A DNA stretch of 55,070 nt, the filler included, from Sphacelaria rigidula (lineage: Eukaryota), in assembly GCA_964200075.2 (NCBI GenBank). It is 6 parts of 6 records of this genome, joined end to end, with 100 filler letters (N's around TTAATTAATTAA, not from the genome) between each part and the next. Parts side by side here need not be neighbours in the genome. Positions count along the whole stretch, not along the records: positions 36,783 to 45,876 come from CAXNAA020009315.1; positions 45,977 to 55,070 come from CAXNAA020009316.1; 4 more parts are not named here. One strand, given 5' to 3'. The notes beneath the pieces are model-generated. The model was not told where the DNA came from and ran no database searches. It worked only from the letters and a program-made list of their open reading frames with translations. How positions within the stretch are numbered: position 1 is the first letter of the stretch; each line of letters opens with the position of its first letter. A program made the translations under genes and the position numbers. Shown in pieces: positions 37,037-47,576 of this stretch.

Positions 37037-37308
37037 GAGCAATGCGACGGTAGGGATGCACGTTTTGCAAGGGATGCACGTTTTGCACAAAATCTTGTCT
37101 GGTTCAGGGGCTCCTAACGACTCTACATGCACAAAAATATGGGCCAGCATCCCCGTTCGCAAATTCATTGGTGATATCCCTAGAACATTGGGATAGTAAT
37201 CCTGGAGTACTCTCACATATTTCATGAGTCGTGTTTTGGATAAGATATAGGGTTCCCAACGATTCTAACCTCAGAAAATGTTTGTGCACCCTTACCGTAG
37301 CATCACTC
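37037..37308. mobile_element. GAG..CTC MITE (Sola-like), TSD ATTT
   Basis: ATTT|GAGCAATGCGACGGTAGGG ... CCTTACCGTAGCATCACTC|ATTT. Confidence 0.85.
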
Positions 37309-38113
37309 ATTTGAACCCGGGATCTTCTGTTCCTCAAGCGTACGAGCTATCTCACTGGTGTCGCCAGTGTGAAAAGGTGATTCCTTGACCAACACTGGTG
37401 GGAATTTGCCCCTTCTATGTGGTGGTTCCCACATCATGATATTTTAAGAGTATACCATGATCAGCATTCCAATAGGCTAGGGATCTCTCGAATAAATAAT
37501 AAAACGGGAATGTTCTAACCCTCATTACTGCGTAGCTCCTAACTTTAGGAGCCCCTCAACGAGAAACGTTTGGGCCTGAATGTGCAACCCCTACCGCGGC
37601 TTCACTTCGAAGGATTTGGGTCCACGTCAAACATTTCACATCCTACCACATGGTTTAATACCAGCGGTGCAAGCGCCGCGACCAATATAATCATATATAC
37701 ATGCATCGAAGCCGTGTCGTATGCAGTATGGGGGCGGTGCGTGCCCCAAACCGCAACAAAGAAGCAAAAGTGCTTACTTTCGCGGGTGTCCCTTTTCCAA
37801 ATCAGGGGCTGAAAACCGAACATCGCGATGTAAAACAAGTTGTGGAATTTTTGAACTTTTCCAATAAAAACAGAAGATATAAAAGTAGAAAATGTGCATG
37901 TAGAACGTGCGAACATACCGGAGGAAGTACCATATTTTCCATCGTGAAAGGAAGCCGTAAGGAATCACGATAATTTCTACAAACTAACCCTCACGCCGCA
38001 CCCGATCAACATTTCTCTGCGGATGTGTACGCCTTCCACTTCCCTCCCATCCGCCACTACTCTTGCCGCCGTCCTCTTGGCGCTACTTCTTGCCGGCGCC
38101 CAATCTTACTAAC

Positions 38114-38358
38114 CCATCCGATGTCGCAGCCCCGGCCGCCGCAGCCCCGGCCGCCGCGAGGTTGAGAGAACTGTATCGGCGAAGGGTGGAAGTAGCAGTG
38201 TTGGGAGATGGGGCGGTAGATGCCCGCGACAGATAACTGCCGCGCCCGATCGCTAACTGCTCTCGACGCCAGGCCACCCGTGCGTTTCGAGATTTCTGAA
38301 GGGCTAGCTGCTTCAAACGCTTAGTCTTCCTACGATAGAGATCCATGTAGCCGTAAAC
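38114..38358 (-). CDS. Uncharacterised Cys-motif protein, exon 6 (VYGYMDLYRRKTKRLK...); alternatively terminal, with stop at 38083
   Basis: cgtcag| acceptor in phase 0, continuing CDNCAM|VY. Confidence 0.7.
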
Positions 38359-38821
38359 CTGACGCAGCCGTGAAGAAAGTAAGAGAGCGATCTTCCGCTC
38401 ATTCGTGTCGAAGATCGATTGCGCTGCACCACGAGATCCAACGTGGACTTGAAAGTGCAAACCACCTGTTTGACGAACATACCACCCCAAGCGTAACCAC
38501 GACGACTGTCTTTCCCGCACAACATGCTGCAAAAACAGGCGTATCTCTGTATGTATTTTGGGGCACGAAGACAAAATACTGAACATATCGACATCGACAA
38601 CACCAAGGGCTACTGGACGGTACCCAAAAGGCAACGATGTCCTTCTGAAATGTTCCCCTCAGAGGCAACGGACAGAATTTTGCTGGCGACAACCTCCGAC
38701 CGGTGTCATTTTTGAAGCGCCATGAAGTACTGCAAGTGGTACCAAGACCTAAGCGTCGGGAAAAGGAGAAAATCGGAACCCAGACTTCGCTGAGGCTGAA
38801 AGTCTTGTGCGTATCTCTCAC

Positions 38822-39055
38822 CATGGCACAATTGTCGCAAACAGTCACCGACCGGCAAATGGTGGTGGGGTACAGATGGCTGAGGGCATGCTCATACATC
38901 AACTCCTCGGTCGCCCTTTGAGTCACCTCCGGCGCCCCCACCCGCCGCCGGTCTGACGAGCTTAACCGTGAGTACTCTCCTCGCCCGTCTTCGTTAAGGC
39001 ACGATGCCAGGACCCGCATGCGCGCTGATACTACGGAGGCGAGTTGCGCCTGAGC
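38822..39055 (-). CDS. Uncharacterised Cys-motif protein, exon 5 (...LYPTTICRSVTVCDNCAM)
   Basis: aacag| acceptor and |gtgaga donor; 78 codons, phase 0/0. Confidence 0.75.
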
Positions 39056-39941
39056 CTGTTTTTTTTAAAGCGGGGTAACATTTGACTTCCTGGCACACAC
39101 GTGTAGCACTCGGCAGGAAGGTTTTGATTTGTGCAGTTGATTGATTTTACTTGTTTCTTGTGCTGCAATACTACCGATATTCCGCTTGCTCTCTTGAGAC
39201 TCGTATTTGCCCCGCGTATTTTGCAAGCCAGGGTGTTCCCCTGGGTCCTCTTTCGTCTTATGAGACTTTGCTGACTAAACGTAGCGTGCCGTAAATCAAA
39301 TGGAGTGGGAGGGGCACTGTAAGCTAGTATAGTGCAAGCAGCAACAGGATTACGTTAATGTGGGGACACCATTATATCAAAATAATAGATAAAGCAGGGG
39401 AAAGAAGCTCGCGCGAGGATACCATTGTATCTAAGAAGAATGGAGAACGTAGGGAAAGGGAACTTGCGCGGACACTTTTTACGATGGCCCCCCTGAAACA
39501 AACGGCTGGTTTGGGGAACCAAAATCTACATGTAAATCGAAACGAAAAGAGCAGAGCACGACGAGCAGCTGGGAATTCCCACGCTTGGGTTTTCGCCCAT
39601 GTCGCCCATATATGGCGCTTCATGCAATTTGAAACCAAACATCAGGCGCTGTACGACCATTTTCTTCGTCACAGCTGGTGTTAGGGGGGGGGGCTATCGT
39701 AGAAAAACTCCGCGACAAAATAAAATAGATCGTGTTGTACTCCATGATGGCCCGATTTCTCTCTGATAGCGACAGAACGAAAGGAGGTGCCACAAACAGA
39801 GACGGAGGAGGGACGCAACGCGTAGGACGCGTCTAGACCCCAGCATGACACCACAACAACGGACTATGACGTAAACCCGTTGCACCCCATGACAAAACGC
39901 TCCATGCTGCGATATCTTTTTTAAACCCCAAGCGCACTGAC

Positions 39942-40233
39942 CTCTCGAAATGCGGTCTCTGGATCTTTGTCTTCAACGCAGTCACTCGCAGTTGGAATCG
40001 GTAACCCTAGATGCCCCGGACCGGGATACCCCGAGGACACTCCCGGCCCAACTTTTAGCGCTATTGCCTTTTCCTCCGCTCGACATTTGAGGATCGACCT
40101 GTAGGACACCAACTTAGAGGGTTTGGAGAGGGCTTTATACCCGACGTGATCACGGCCGTCCTCATTCCAACCATGGCTAGCCCTGGAGGAGGGCGGTTGC
40201 TGAAGCCCGTACTTACAGAAGTCTCCGAAGCAC
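39942..40233 (-). CDS. Uncharacterised Cys-motif protein, exon 4 (CFGDFCKY...LVSYRSILKCRAE...)
   Basis: ttgcag| acceptor in phase 2; |gtcagt donor in phase 0. Confidence 0.75.
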
Positions 40234-40416
40234 CTGCAATAGTGCCACGCAAGATCGGACGGAACATTTGTCAGAATACGTGTGAACGTAGATGTTCTGG
40301 TCAGAAGAGAGGCATCCGCCCGGCCTCTCAGAGGGGTCGACTCAGGTATGAGTTTTGTTCGTGGCGCGGCAAGCACCCGTTGGGTCGTGCCATTTCAGGG
40401 CTATTCGGAAACTCAC

Positions 40417-41309
40417 CCATTGGACCTGCTCGATAGTCGACAGCTGATAGCATCCATCGGAAAGGATCGAGTGCCCTGCATGCCGTGCTTCATAGGCTCG
40501 CTGATTCTCGCCGGCGCTGTGGAAAGCCTGGGAGATTCAGAGGACATTCGTAAATCTGGCCTTTCATCGTCGATTCTCATTGTTGTGCCCGTCGATCGTT
40601 TCCTGGGCCATCGATCCCGACTTGCCAGCGCCCCTCGACCAGCTCCCGCCCCGTGGGTGAAGTACAGCCCTCGCAGGCCCGCAAACCTGGTCGCCCACGA
40701 TTCAGTAGGCAAGGCATAATGTTGGGGTAAACCAGCGGCATGGCCAGCGTTCACTGAGTGACCGGCTACAGAGTGTCCGTGGTCACCCTCCTGCTGTCCA
40801 GGTGAAAATTCGTCGTGCACGACATCTTCTGGTGTTTGTGTTATTGGCACACCTGGTAAGCCAGCGTTATCCATTGATTCCCCGGGGACGCATCGGCCAT
40901 CTATCGCGCTTGGAGTCCCAATCGATGTATGCTTCACGCTCGAAGATGGAGCTAGTTTTTCTTGAGCCGTCGGACTCGTTGCGTCTGTGAGACTTGCGTC
41001 GTGGAGGTCATTTCCGGACATGGAAGCAGCCAGCCTATCTACAAGCCCTGAAGCAACTGCTGACGAAACTGCAGCCGCACCGAGCTCACAGAGTTTCATT
41101 GGGAAGTATGTGGTCCACCGTGTGTCTTCCTCGCCCCACCTTCGCGTTTGGTCGCCACCGTGTTCCAATTCGTTCCTACTCCCGTCTAGTGTAGGTTGGG
41201 GTTGCGTAGAATGCAAAGTCGTGGCCGATTCTAGCCAAAGGAGGGTGGGCTGTCCACTGCCAGGGCGGAAGGCGAACTGCGCCACGACTTGCATCAGCTG
41301 CTCTCCGGT
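40417..41309 (-). CDS. Uncharacterised Cys-motif protein, exon 3 (TGEQLMQVVAQFAF...LLWLESA plus a long disordered region)
   Basis: ggtcag| acceptor in phase 0; |gtgagt donor in phase 2; about 297 open codons. Confidence 0.8.
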
Positions 41310-41625
41310 CTGACCAATGTTCATGTATAGGTGAGGAAATTCTTACTATGTTGTTTTGTGGACTTCTCGGCATCTTTCTAATAAATTAACCGACCTCTCG
41401 ATACAAGCAATACTGTCTCCTCACTGAGAATGTCAAGTATTACACATGTTAAGTCCGCATCATGCACAAACATACCGTCTCATGTGTTCCACCATAAGCG
41501 TCCCTACGCTGAAACTAGCGAAAGAGTATATGGTATTGCGCTGATCTGTTTCTATCCATATCCTCTATCTCGGTTTTGAAGTACGCCCACCCAATTCATC
41601 CCCGCCTGAAAACTGACCCGTTCAC

Positions 41626-42189
41626 CTCGCGCTCGACATATCCCACGATGTCTTTAGTTGTAGACGCCAAAATTCGATGCAGCACACCGTGTACTCTTTT
41701 TCGTGAACCACTGGTACTGAGAGACGAGAGGGACTCTTCGAGGGCTCCTCTTTGTCGCCGAACCCCGTCTTCAGGGATGTCGGGAGAAATCACCCGGCCA
41801 CCTCCTGGTTTCTGCTGCATACTGCAGTTGCTGCTAGATTCCTCCTGCCATTGGGTCAGCTCGTACGTCAGGCATGCTACCTGCGCGTCTTGGAAACCTT
41901 CCTTACGTATGAACGTCGTCTCAAACAAGCCACATCCCGAGAACGGCTTTCTGGTCACGTACGGTTGAACAGCAACGATCTCGTCCAACAAATGTGCGTT
42001 GTGCTTCTCACGTAGAGATGTGATATCTGAGGCCGTGAGCATCACAGCCGTGGTCTTGTCATCGCGTAGTCTTCTAGCGGTGGCGATAACTTCCGATGTC
42101 CAGCGGTCGTTCCCGGAACCCCAGGTTCCTTTTGCTGCACGTACGAGGAACCGAACCAGCTTCTCCCACTCGCATTGCTTTTCGTTTCG
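41626..42189 (-). CDS. Uncharacterised Cys-motif protein, exon 2 (RNEKQCEWEK...AVQPYV...TTKDIVGYVERE)
   Basis: 188 open codons; aag| acceptor and |gtgaac donor; phase 0/0. Confidence 0.75.
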
Positions 42190-42477
42190 CTTCACCAGAT
42201 GGAATCATGAGGATAGATATCGAGACATCGACACATCGACACCATAACGTCCCGTGAATTTCAGCCAGCTAGTGGAACAGGCCGAAGACAATGCAAGATA
42301 AATCTGACATGGGCAGGTGCGTCACTGGTGACCCGGAGGGGTGCACAAACAATTGATCAGGAATGAATTGTCAGAAGGCCTTCATCTCGTCCAAAAAATG
42401 ACTTGTGAAAACTGCACACGTGGGACAACTCAACTCAGGTTACGACGAGGTAACTCTTTCTGGCATAACTCGCCAGT

Positions 42478-43062
42478 GAGTTATAGCAGCATCACTCAGT
42501 TATGCGCATTCTGGACGGGTGAGTCATAAACTATAACTCAGTTATGCGTATCTCGGGCAGGTGAGTTATAATCTACAACTCAGTTATGCGCATTCCGGCC
42601 GGGCGAGTCATAAACTATAACTCAGTTATGCACATTTTGGCTGGGTGAGTTATAACCTATAACTCAGCTATGCACATTTTGGCTGGGTGAGTCATAAACT
42701 TTAACTCAGTTATGCACATTCCGACCGGGTGAGTTATAAACTATAACTCAGCTATGAACATTCTGGCTGGGTAAATTATAAACTATAACTCATCGGTGCA
42801 TATCTTGGCCAGGTGAGGTATAAACTATAACTCAGTTATGCTTATCTCGGGCAGGTAAGGAGCAATGCTACGGTAGGGGTGCACTTTTTTCGCGAAATTA
42901 TGTCTAGTTCAGCGGCTCCTAACAATTCTAACCTCAGAAAATATTTGTGCACCCCTACCGTAGCATCACTCTAAGGTATAAACTATAACTCAGTTATGCA
43001 TATATTGGCCAGGCGAGTTACGGAAGATAAATCAGCGCTGCACATTTTGGTCGGGTGAGTTA
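42478..43062. repeat. 42-bp minisatellite, consensus GAGTTATAAACTATAACTCAGTTATGCACATTCTGGCCGGGT
   Basis: Contiguous degenerate units without unique spacers; interrupted by a MITE at 42860. Confidence 0.9.
42860..42971. mobile_element. GAG..CTC MITE (Sola-like), TSD TAAG
   Basis: TAAG|GAGCAATGCTACGGTAGGGGTGCAC ... GTGCACCCCTACCGTAGCATCACTC|TAAG. Confidence 0.9.
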
Positions 43063-45010
43063 TCGAACGAATAACCACAGAATAAAAAGAGTGATGTGGA
43101 GCTCCGTTACGTGTTCTGAGTTTTGAAACAACTCATTCTGTACATAGAGATGTACCTCTTACTTTTATGTTCTGACTTCTGAGATAGCTCACCTATACCC
43201 CTTAACTCATGCGACACAGCCATGTCACTCAGGTTTGTGTTCGGAGTTCTGAGCAATTCCGTTTTCGGTGTTCGTAGATTACTCGTATTTACCCCTCGAC
43301 TCATGACACGGCCACGTCACGTTTGTGTTCCGAGTTCTGAGTATTGAGATAGCTCATATTTAATGCTCAGTTTGTGTGACACCTCCTTCTACACACACAC
43401 ACACACACTCACATCCACACCCACACGCTTGGCGTGTGCACGACGATTATAGAGAGTTGCCTTGCATGCGACACACGATACGATCGTCTACTATGGCATC
43501 CACGCTACGAACTCCAGCGACGCTACCGCACAAGAAAAAGGATGCGAGGCGATCGATGTGGAAGCCAGCACCTCATCAAGCACAAAAACAAAGCAAAACA
43601 GTACAGCTGTGCTTTTCAGAGACCATTCGCGAAAGCCTCTGTGCCAAGCAAGTCGGAAAAGTTGGGTGGTCCACTCGAGGGGGTGTGATGCACCGTGTAT
43701 CAAGCGTGTAATGGCGAAACCCCCTGTGTGTCTGCCTAGCCCCGTGCCAAATGTACGAGTAGTGAAGAATAAGAATACCCCCCCCCCCCCGCCCCTCTTC
43801 CCCCCCCCCGGCCGTCCAGAAACGTTAAACCGTAATAAACGGGAATTTTTTATATTGTATACCCGTGAATTGTACATGTTTTCAAATTACACCTACGGCT
43901 GAATTGATATATGCGTAAATACTACGAGGCCCTTCACGCTATGTGTACCAGCAGACGTGTCACGTGATCACGCGTTCCCTCTTACATGAGTGAGTTGTGT
44001 CGATCGCTGTTTTCCGCGTGTTTCCGGTCCAGTGAGTTTGTTCTTATCTCATTTTCCAATAACTCATCCGTGAGTTATAGCAGCATCACTCAGTTGTGCA
44101 TATCTTGGTCGGGTGAGTTATAGTCTGTAGTCTGACTTAGTTATGCACATTCCGGCCCCGTGAGTTATAAACTATAACTCAGTTGTGCACATTCTGGCCG
44201 GGTAAGTTATAAACTACAAGTCAGTTACGCACATTCTGGGCAGGTGAGTTGCCACGTGAGTTATAGAGCATAACTGAGTTAATTCATGAGTTGTCCGACG
44301 TGTGGAAATATGTGCGAGCACCCCACGATTAGCATTCCAACGGGCTAGGGATGTCTCGAATGAACGGTAGAACGGGGATGCCCTGACTAATCTTCTTGTG
44401 TAACTCCTAACTCAGGGAGCACCTCAGTGAGAAGCATCTGGGTGGACCCAACTGTCCAGCTCCGACTGTGGCATGGCTCAGGCATTCTGTCGAATTTCTA
44501 TGGATGGTAATGAGCGATGAAAGTCTGGCGTGTATGTATCCAGGATCTACTCCTGTACCTGGCGTCGGCACTTGTTCGACAAGATGGGTATGGCTTGGCT
44601 CAACAGATGTGGAGCGTGGAGCACCTGCCGTCCTATTATAGAGGATTCTGTATAGTGCCTGGGTGCCCATCTGTATTTTCGAAACACTCTCCACAGGGGT
44701 TGCTCGAGGCTCGATCGTGATCGTGCAGAAGTCTCAACATGCAGACTGGCGCTTTTACGTACTGTTGTGATATATCAAGGGTATTTTGTGGGTGTGTTGC
44801 CTCAACAGATGGTAGTCCAGGACAGCACAATCAGTACAGCACAGTGCCGTAGGGTGTGGTGAGGTACTGCGCGGCACACGCACAGTCAGTACAGTACCGC
44901 AAATCTCATCATAGCGCCAGAGACTTCCACCTATACATGCCCGCAAGGCAAAGCAGACCTTCCGCACTCCGACATGCTACGCCCTGCATCCACTAGTTTG
45001 CTTCGCTTAC

Positions 45011-45214
45011 CTTCAGCACGAGTCCAGATTTGGCACTAGTGAAGTACCAGCACGTCAGGTGCCCATCTTCCAGCAACACCGTGTCAACAATATTAACCCG
45101 CAGGTGCCGTTCCTCCGACACTCCCTGCTGCCACAAATTACGCATCATCCACCATGAAAGACATAGTGGCGAGTAGGTGGAAGACTGACTTTCTATGTCT
45201 CGCTCTTCGTCCAT
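45011..45214 (-). CDS. Uncharacterised Cys-motif protein, exon 1 (MDEERD...VNIVDTVLLEDGHLTCWYFTSAKSGLVLK)
   Basis: ATG at 45214; |gtaagc donor in phase 0. Confidence 0.7.
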
Positions 45215-45876
45215 CAGATCCCGCTCGGTGTGTTTGAAGCTGTGGAGCCCGGCCTCCTCGTGTGCACAGGTGGTATACAGTATTCGCTTTTGAAAATGTT
45301 CCGCTTCGACCAATCGATTGCGCCGCGTTTTTCGAGTGCTATATTTGGGATTTGGTAGACTGATTCTGCTGATTATTGACTGTCGATCTGCCTTATCGGG
45401 TCTTCGGATCCTACCAGGGAGAGGATGCCCTATCGGAGCAAGTTTTTTTTTATCAGTCACACATCGGCCGGGCTTTAATCCCTGGCCGTGCAGCAAATTT
45501 TACTCAATACTGATGCCGGCCTACTCTCTCTCTCTCCCCCCCCCCGGCCTCCCGGTGCGGGGTAACGGGAAACCAAAAGGTACTACGGTACTTCGTATGA
45601 TACATATACTGTATGTGCTGGACCATGAACGGTGCGGTACGGGGTGCAGCAAGCAGCAAAACATGCAGTAGATGAGGGTTTTGACACCGCAGTTTCGACC
45701 TGCGCAGCTTTGACTCTTGTATTACGAGCTGGGCCAGCCTAGAGGCTGCATGAACGTTTGCAGGCAGATGCGCCGGCCAATATTGGAGTTAGACCCTGAA
45801 ACTTGGTATAATAGATAATGCATGGGGCATAATAAAAAATCGTGAAGAAGCACATTGAGGTTCTTATTTTTTTTTC

Positions 45877-45976
45877 NNNNNNNNNNNNNNNNNNNNNNNN
45901 NNNNNNNNNNNNNNNNNNNNTTAATTAATTAANNNNNNNNNNNNNNNNNNNNNNNNNNNNNNNNNNNNNNNNNNNN
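45877..45976. other. Assembly spacer between contigs 5 and 6
   Basis: N44-TTAATTAATTAA-N44. Confidence 0.98.
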
Positions 45977-46787
45977 GGGTGGGGGGTGAAGGGAGCGGGT
46001 GTAGGGGGAGGCATGTGCAATGTGTTAACCCCCCCCCCCCCCTCCCAGAGATATTACCCACCAGGTTCTACAGTGTTCAATACTACGTCACAACGTACAA
46101 GTTGGGAATACGTTTTGCCTTACTTTGTAGGATACCACTTACAGATGTTTTGACGATTTGTACGGTGCGGTACGAGTTCGAATGCAAAATACAAACGGAA
46201 GTGAACCTTGGTATTTGTTGAACCCAATGGACAGCTAGCTGGACGCTCGTCGTCTATTGTAATGAACCAACCGACGGCAACGCATGACTCGGTTTGTCAC
46301 TTGCGATTTGCGCCCGTGCCCTTTCTCCTCCGTACATATACTCGTGTTGCGCGCGATGGGAATATCCCGAAGCTCATGAGTGATGCGTATATACACCATC
46401 TGTTCGAGCCGTCGGATGACAGTAAGTTTCCGTCGGTCAGCGTGCAAATTCTATGCAGACACCATGTATGTGTGTGTTTGTGTGTGGTGGTCGGAGGGCG
46501 GGGGAGGGGGGAAGGGTGGGCGGAAGACTCGGACATGTGAATCGTATTGGCACTGAAACGAGGTATGCCCCCGCCAACGTTCATGAATATATACTGTACA
46601 CTTCGAAGTATATATATGTGTTGAGTACAGACATCATGTCATGAAATGTACTTGGTAACTGTCTGATCATTGGGTTGTCAGCATCTGTTTTTTTGTTTCA
46701 CTCGTTTCCATATGTCATACACATGTGTGCGTGTGTGTGCGCGCGCGTGTGTGCATGTGTGTGTGTTCGTCTTCCGTTTTTATACAG

Positions 46788-47576
46788 ATGACAGCAACAG
46801 CCTTCATACGCCAATTCGCGGACGATACGAATATGGGATCAGCGTCGAATGCGTCCCTCCTAGTGGTGCTCTTCTGGCTGGTCATCACACTGGGGCGCCT
46901 CCTCGCCCTGCGTGACCAACAAACCCTCACCCTGGTCCGCCTATACCGACACCTGACCATCGTCGCCGCCCTCGGCGCAGCGGCGATGGCCATCCTCCTT
47001 TTCTTCGTGTGGGCCAAAGACTCGTTGCTCTGGTGCACGGTAATCGCGTTCGGCTTCTTTCACGGACCGACCCTCGGGTACTGCTACGACCTAAGCACGC
47101 GCGTTTCCCCCAACCCCGCAACCAGCACCGCCGTGGCAATGTTCGGGTTAACCTTAGGGGACAGTCTTGTGCCATTTTTGACGTCTAGTTTCTGGTATAT
47201 CACGGGGAGCGCGTTATTCTTGCCCCTGTTCTTGATCGCCAGTCACGCTGCTCCCTGCTTCCTGGTGACGGAAACCAGCAAGATGCACGGCGCGATAGCG
47301 GGCAGCCACAGCCGGCGCAGCAGCTTGCGCCCCCGGGAGGATAGCGCCTCGATGTCGGTTTTTTCTTCCCAGCATTCCGTTACCGCACCCACACCGACGT
47401 TCGGAGCACCCCCGTCGCCCACGGCGTGGAGCCCTGCGGCCTCTCACGTAGAAGAGGGGAGTGATGAGATTGAGGAGGTTGTGCCGCAGGTCGGGATGGA
47501 CGAACGGGGCGGGAGTGGGGCGGTGCCATCGCCAGCGGCGGCGACCCGAGATACCAAGAACTGGTCGTCGCACTAG
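46788..47576 (+). CDS. Major facilitator superfamily transporter (MFSD4/FucP-like), terminal exon
   Basis: tatacag| acceptor; FW..ITLGRLLA motif, several hydrophobic helices, GPT and G...G..LVPFL patterns; hydrophilic tail to TAG. Confidence 0.85.
   Translation: MTATAFIRQFADDTNMGSASNASLLVVLFWLVITLGRLLALRDQQTLTLVRLYRHLTIVAALGAAAMAILLFFVWAKDSLLWCTVIAFGFFHGPTLGYCYDLSTRVSPNPATSTAVAMFGLTLGDSLVPFLTSSFWYITGSALFLPLFLIASHAAPCFLVTETSKMHGAIAGSHSRRSSLRPREDSASMSVFSSQHSVTAPTPTFGAPPSPTAWSPAASHVEEGSDEIEEVVPQVGMDERGGSGAVPSPAAATRDTKNWSSH

Larger units (their letters stand above)
42412..44307 (+). mobile_element. Intronic TIR element carrying 42-bp tandem arrays
   Basis: Ends CACACGTGGGACAACTCA / TGAGTTGTCCGACGTGTGGAA; about 11 units at 42478-43062 and about 4 units at 44071-44250. 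Confidence 0.65.

Noticed and set aside
42478..43062. CRISPR-like regular repeats with an internal palindrome
   Set aside because: Units are contiguous degenerate copies with no unique spacers, no cas genes are present, and the context is a eukaryotic intron
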